DNA from: Malacoraja senta
Taxonomy: Eukaryota
Length of the DNA stretch: 64,000 bases
Reading direction: 5' to 3'
Assembly (NCBI GenBank): GCA_038087875.1
Contig: JAXLNO010000259.1
Span: forward strand, 62,001-126,000
Below, in pieces: positions 58,710 through 64,000 of the stretch. The translations under genes were made by a program, and so were the position numbers. Position 1 is the first letter of the stretch; each line of letters starts with the position of its first letter. A model generated the notes under the pieces. It was not told the origin of the DNA and ran no database searches. It saw only the letters and a list, made by a program, of their open reading frames with translations.

Positions 58710-61259
58710 TCATCTGCTCAGTGCTCCCGTCGATTTGGAAGCAACTGCAACGAAGAGAAGCAGGTGAAAACACTGATTGGCTTTAGCCCGTGTGGGAGGA
58801 GAGTTAGAAGTGAGTCAGAGGGGGGAAACAGTTGACAAGGAGAGGTAAAGCACAGGCAGACTTTACTCAGAGCTCCCGTGGATTTGGAAGCAACATCAAC
58901 AAAGAGAAGCTGGAGAAAACACTGATTGGCTCTAGCCCGAGTGGGAGGAGAGTTAGAAGTGAGTCAGAGGGGGAAAACAGTTGAAAATGGAGGAATTTGG
59001 TTTGTAAATTGGTACATTAGGCAATTTATCGGTTAATATAAGCAAGACGGCTCTTAGGGAGCGTTAGTGAGGGAGCGGCCTTGTGAGTGATGTGCCCTGT
59101 GAGAAAAGTGTGAGTCTTTGGCTCGAGAGACTTCGGCGAGGAGGCTGAGGAGAGGAGGCTACACAAAACGTTGGAGAGGGAGATACGAAATAAGGAGATG
59201 TCAGGCAAGCTGATTCAGTTGATGCTTGCAGTATTGGGGAGGTCAAGGACACTGCTGGTGCCTCTGGCAGCTACACATGTGCATCCAGGTACAGCTCCCA
59301 AAGGACCGTGTTGGGGAACTGAAGTAGCAAGTGGATGACCTCAGGTTCGTCCGAGAAACTGAGTCGTTCCTCGACAAGTCCTACAGTAAGATTGTTACAC
59401 CTAAGGTACTGGAAGATAGAAGGTGGGTGACGGTGAGAAAGGGAGGGTAGCAAGGAATGCAAACGTTCCCGGGTGTTGTACCTCTTGTGAACAGGTTCAC
59501 CCACATAGAAGCTGTCGGGACAGAAGACGTTATTACACTGAGCGGCGGACTGGCTTGCGAAGCATAAAGGGCTGTTAAGCCAAAACCAAAGAGGCCAATG
59601 TCAGGCAACGCCATTTTAGTTGGAACCTCCATTGTGAGAGGTACGGACAGGGGTTTCTGCGGCAACAGAAGGGATTCGAGGATGGTGTTCTGCCTTCGTG
59701 GTGCCAGCATCCAGGATGTCACGGACAGAGTGCAGACAATCCTCAAGGGCGAAGTTGAACAGCCGGAAGTGGTAGTGCATGTCGGCGCAAACGATATCGG
59801 AAAGAAGGTGATGAATATTCTGCAGCGTGACACTAGAGAGCTCGTAAAAATGCTGAAAAGCAGGACCTCCAGGGTTGTTATCTCCGGTTTGCTTCCCGTT
59901 CCTCGTGCTGGCGAGAGCAGGAACAGGGAGATACGGGACCTGAATGTGTGGCTGAGGAACTGGTGCACGGGGCAGGGATTTAGATTCTTAGATCACTGGG
60001 ATCTGTTTTTGAGTAAGGGGGGACTGTACAAAAGGGACGGATTGCATCTTAACAGGTGGAAACCAGCATTCTGGCAGGCAAGTTTGCCACTGCTACATGG
60101 GTGGTTTTAAACTGAATATGGGGGTGGGGTGTCAAATGGGATAGTCGAGCATGGAGTTAAAGGGAAAGGGTTTCTAAATGTGTGAGCAGAGAGATGTGTA
60201 AAATGAGGGTAGAAGCAATAGGTAGCAAGGAGAAAAGTAAAAGTGGCAGGCAGACAAATCGAGGGCAAAAATCTAAAAGGGCCACTTTTCAACATAATTG
60301 TATAAGGGGTAAGAGTGTTGTAAAAACAAGCCTAAAGGCTTTGTGTCTCAATGCAAGTATTCGTAATAAGGTGGGTGAGTTGAATGTGCAGAAAGCTATT
60401 AATGAGTATGATATAGTTGGGATCATGGAGACATGGCTACAGTGTGACCAAGGCTGGGAGCTGAACATCCAGGGTATTTCAATATTCAGGAGGGATAGAC
60501 AGAAAGGAATAGGAGGTGGGGTAGCGTTGCTGGTTAGAGAGGAGATTAACGCAATAGAAAGGGAGGACATTAGCTTGGAGTATGTGGAATCGATGTGGGT
60601 AGAGCTGCGAAACACTAAGGGGCAGAAAACGGTAGTGGGAATTGTGTACAGGCCACCTAGCAGCAGTAGTGTAGGGGCAGGGAGGTTCTACTGCAGTTGT
60701 ACAGGGTCTTGGTGAGACCACACCTGTAGTATTGCGTAGAGATTTGGTCTGCTAATCTGAGGAAAGAGAAGGTTTACCAGACTGATTCCTGGGATGTCAG
60801 GACTTTCATTTGAAGAAAGACTGGCTGGATTGGCTTGTACTTGCTAGAATTTAGAAGATTGAGGGGGGATCTTATAGAAACTTACAACATTCTTAAGGGG
60901 TTGGACAGGCTAGATGCGGGAAGATTGTTCCCGATGTTGGGCAAGTCCAGTACAAGGGGTCACAGTTTAAGGATAAGGGGGAAATATTTTAGGACCGAGA
61001 TGAAAAATACATTTTTCACACAGAGAGTGGTGTATCTCTGGAATTCTCTACCACAGAAGGTAGTTGAGTCCAACTCATTGGCTATATTTAAGAGGGAATT
61101 AGATGTGGCTCTTGTGGCTAAAGGTATCAGGGGGTATGGAGAGTAGGCAGGTACAAGCTACTGAGTTGGATGAACCGCCATGATCATATTGAATGGCGGT
61201 GCAGGCTCGAAGGGCCGAATGGCCTACTCCTGCACCTATTTTTTATGTTTCTCTGTTTC
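58710..61259 (+). mobile_element. CR1 LINE with 5' repeats, decayed ORF1 esterase and endonuclease start; RT removed by internal deletion; TSD TATTTC
   Basis: Two 5' monomers (~58720-58985), VGTSIVRG..HVGANDIG..DGLHL and LNASIRNK..METW..VYRPP, joined at ~60672 to the 3' end. Empty site at ~46930. Confidence 0.88.
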
Positions 61260-62802
61260 TATTTCCAATTGGTCTCCTACCCCCAGTATTTAGTTTAAAT
61301 CACTCCTGTAGCAGTGGCATACCTGCCTGCCAGAATGTTGGTCTCCCGCCTCTTAACGTGCAACCCGAGCTGAAGGGCAAATTGTTCACACAAGGTGGCG
61401 ATTATTTGGAAGGGGTTGCCTTAGGACGTGATGGGGGGTTTCTACCGTTATTACTTTAATAGACGTTGGAACAATTTCATGGCCAGTGAAGGGCTAACAC
61501 GAGCCTGAAGTAGGCCAACTGAACTAGATAATTTTGCAAATAATAACAGCATGGATGAATAGGGCAAAAAGTATGTTTCCTTGTTGTACAACTATAATAT
61601 AGCTCTCTGCAGTTCTCGAAATTGTTCTCCTTCCTCCTACGTTTCCAAATTTCAGGATCTATAAGGCGCTGGACCGCAAGTGTTTGTAGCATTGCAAGCA
61701 ACTATGTGCTCCTTAGCTGAGGAAGGGTGTGCTGGCGCTGAAAAGGGTCCAGAAGAGATTTACTGGAACGATGACTGCAATGAGTGGGTTAACATATGAT
61801 GACTGTTTGACGGCGCTAAATAATCTACCGTCACCCTGGAAAGAGGCAAACGTATCGGAAGGGAAACGTGTCACCGCCCTGTTGCCCTTCCGTTCGAAGC
61901 GATCATAGTAAGCACTCCGTTCATCGGGCAGGGTCGCACTATCATCATTTATGTTGCTTGACATCGCGTTGCAGCCAGTTTTATTATTAAGACCTTACCA
62001 CTTTCTCATTGTGTCCAAATGATTATCCTGGGTCTGAGGCCTTCCCGGTATTATCTCTTGGCAACCTTAATGGCTTTCGGAGAACATAGCTGGCCTTAAT
62101 GTGCCGATCGTCCTTTGGCCATTGTCACCGCATATGTTACCAGACCAGTTGAGTTCTTGCAGCACTTTGTCTTATCGTAACGTGTTGCCGAATTAAATTT
62201 TCTTGCTGACATTACTTGCAAATGTTGTCCAACTGCAAATTGTTTCCAATATTTGATCTGGTAATTACGTATTTCGGTGAGTGAACCAAGAGTCATAAGA
62301 GCCACGTAGCACTGAAGCAGACAATTCGACCTAGCCGTTCCATCCAGTTAAATATACCGCATCCGAGACAATCGCATTTGTCTGCGTACGATAGATATCC
62401 ATCTAAACCACTCATATCTATGTGTCTGTCCAATTTTATTTTAAATATTATCATTGTACAATTTACCCAACGCCCTTCGTCTTCGTTGTCAATCGTGTCC
62501 CTACTAAATCATTCCACCCCACCTTAACACTAATTGACTTGTTTCTTATATCGCCCACCTTCTTTAACCTATAAGCTTTAGAAAGTTAGAAGGTTAATCT
62601 TTAACATTCTAACCTCCATCATGGATTAATACACTACTACACGATCACCTATTCACCTCTTGCATTTAATCGCAGGAAGTTGTCATCTAATAATATTTCC
62701 TATGTTTTCCATAGTTTCCCAATTGAGACTCTCCCGTGAAAAACGATTGCTCGAATGGAATTATATCTAAAAATAATATAAAATAATGAAATTGGTGACT
62801 AA

Positions 62803-64000
62803 TAACCATATAACCATATAACAATAACAGCACGGAAACAGGCCATCTCGGCCCTTCTATTCCGCGCCGAACACGTATTCTCCCCTAGTCCCATCTACCA
62901 GCACTCAGACCATAACCCTCCATTCCTTTCCCGTCCATATACCTTCCCAATTTTTTTAAAATGATAAAATCGAACCTGCCTCCACCACTTCCACTGAAGC
63001 CCATTCCACACAGCTACCAATCTCTGAGTAAAGATGTTCCTCCTCATGTTACCCTTAAACTTATGTCCCTTAATTCACAAATCATGTCCACTTTTTGAAT
63101 CTTCCCTACTCTCAATGGCCTTATCCACGTTAACTCTGCCTATCCCTCTCATCATTTTAAAGACCTCTATCAATTCCCCCCTTAACCTTCTGCGCTCCAA
63201 AGTATAAAGACCTAACTTGTTCAACCTTTCTCTGTAACTTAGTTGCTGAAACACTGGCAACATTCTAGTAAATCTCCTCTGTATTCTCTCTATTGTTTTG
63301 ACATCTTTCCTATAATTTGGCGACCAAAATTGTACACCGTACTCCAGAATTGGCCTCACCAATGCCTTGTACAATTTTAACATTACATCCCAACTTCTAT
63401 ACTCAATGCTCTGATTTATAAAGGCCAGCACACCAAAAGCTTTCTTTAACGCCCTATCTTCATGAGATTTCACCTTCAGGGAACGATGCACAGTTATTCC
63501 TATATCCCTCTGTTCAACTGCATTCTTCAATTCGCTACCATTCAACATGTACGTCCTATTTCGATTGTCCTGCCAAGATGTAGCACCTCACATTTATCAG
63601 CATTAAACTCCACCTGCTATCTTTCAGCCCACTCTTCCAAACGGCCTAAATCTCTCTGTAGACTTTGAAAATCTACTTCATTATCCACAACACCACCTAT
63701 CTTAGTATCATCTGCATACTTACCAATCCAATTTACCAAACAATCTTCCAGATCATTGATGTGTATGACAAACAACATTGGACCCAACACAGACCCCTGA
63801 GGCACTCCACTAGTCAACGGCCTCCAACCTGACAAAGAGCTATCCACCATTACATTCTGGCATCTCCTATTCAGCCACTGTTGAATCCACCAGGCTATTC
63901 CACCATTAATACCCAACAATTGAACCTTCTTAACCAACCTTCCATTTGGAACCTTGTCAAAGGCCTCAGTGAAATACATATAGACAACATCCACCCCTTT
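62803..64000 (-). mobile_element. CR1 LINE (family A) 3' part, running out of the window
   Basis: [34 protein letters not shown]; (TGGTTATA)n tail at 62803-62820. Confidence 0.93.

Noticed and set aside
61713..61964. ORF MSSNINDDSATLPDERSAYYDRFE
   Set aside because: Looks like a tiny decayed Rex1-like LINE fragment, also present at ~50110-50225; not a host gene.

Overview
Eukaryotic (vertebrate) repeat-dominated window with one 200-N scaffold gap. The CR1, L1, Rex1, DIRS and Penelope content is suggestive of a cartilaginous fish; this is inference. Most of the sequence is nested, decayed transposons: a DIRS tyrosine-recombinase retroelement with an intact 3' ICR/ITR, two divergent L1-clade LINEs, a Rex1/Babar LINE, about 10 CR1 copies (one near full-length), four Gypsy remnants, Penelope pieces with minimal hammerhead-ribozyme motifs, and a probable Helitron-like element. 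Long GT, GA/CT and GATA tracts lie between them. The one clear host gene is not called by the ORF track because it is split into short exons. It is a minus-strand, three-exon beta-defensin-like gene (52415-51183) with a TATA box, signal peptide, propiece, six-Cys cationic mature peptide and AATAAA signal. It lies in a tandem segmental duplication (unit starts 41574 and 55451). The second unit stops aligning just short of the defensin polyA signal, at a CR1 insertion, which predicts a paralogue beyond the window.
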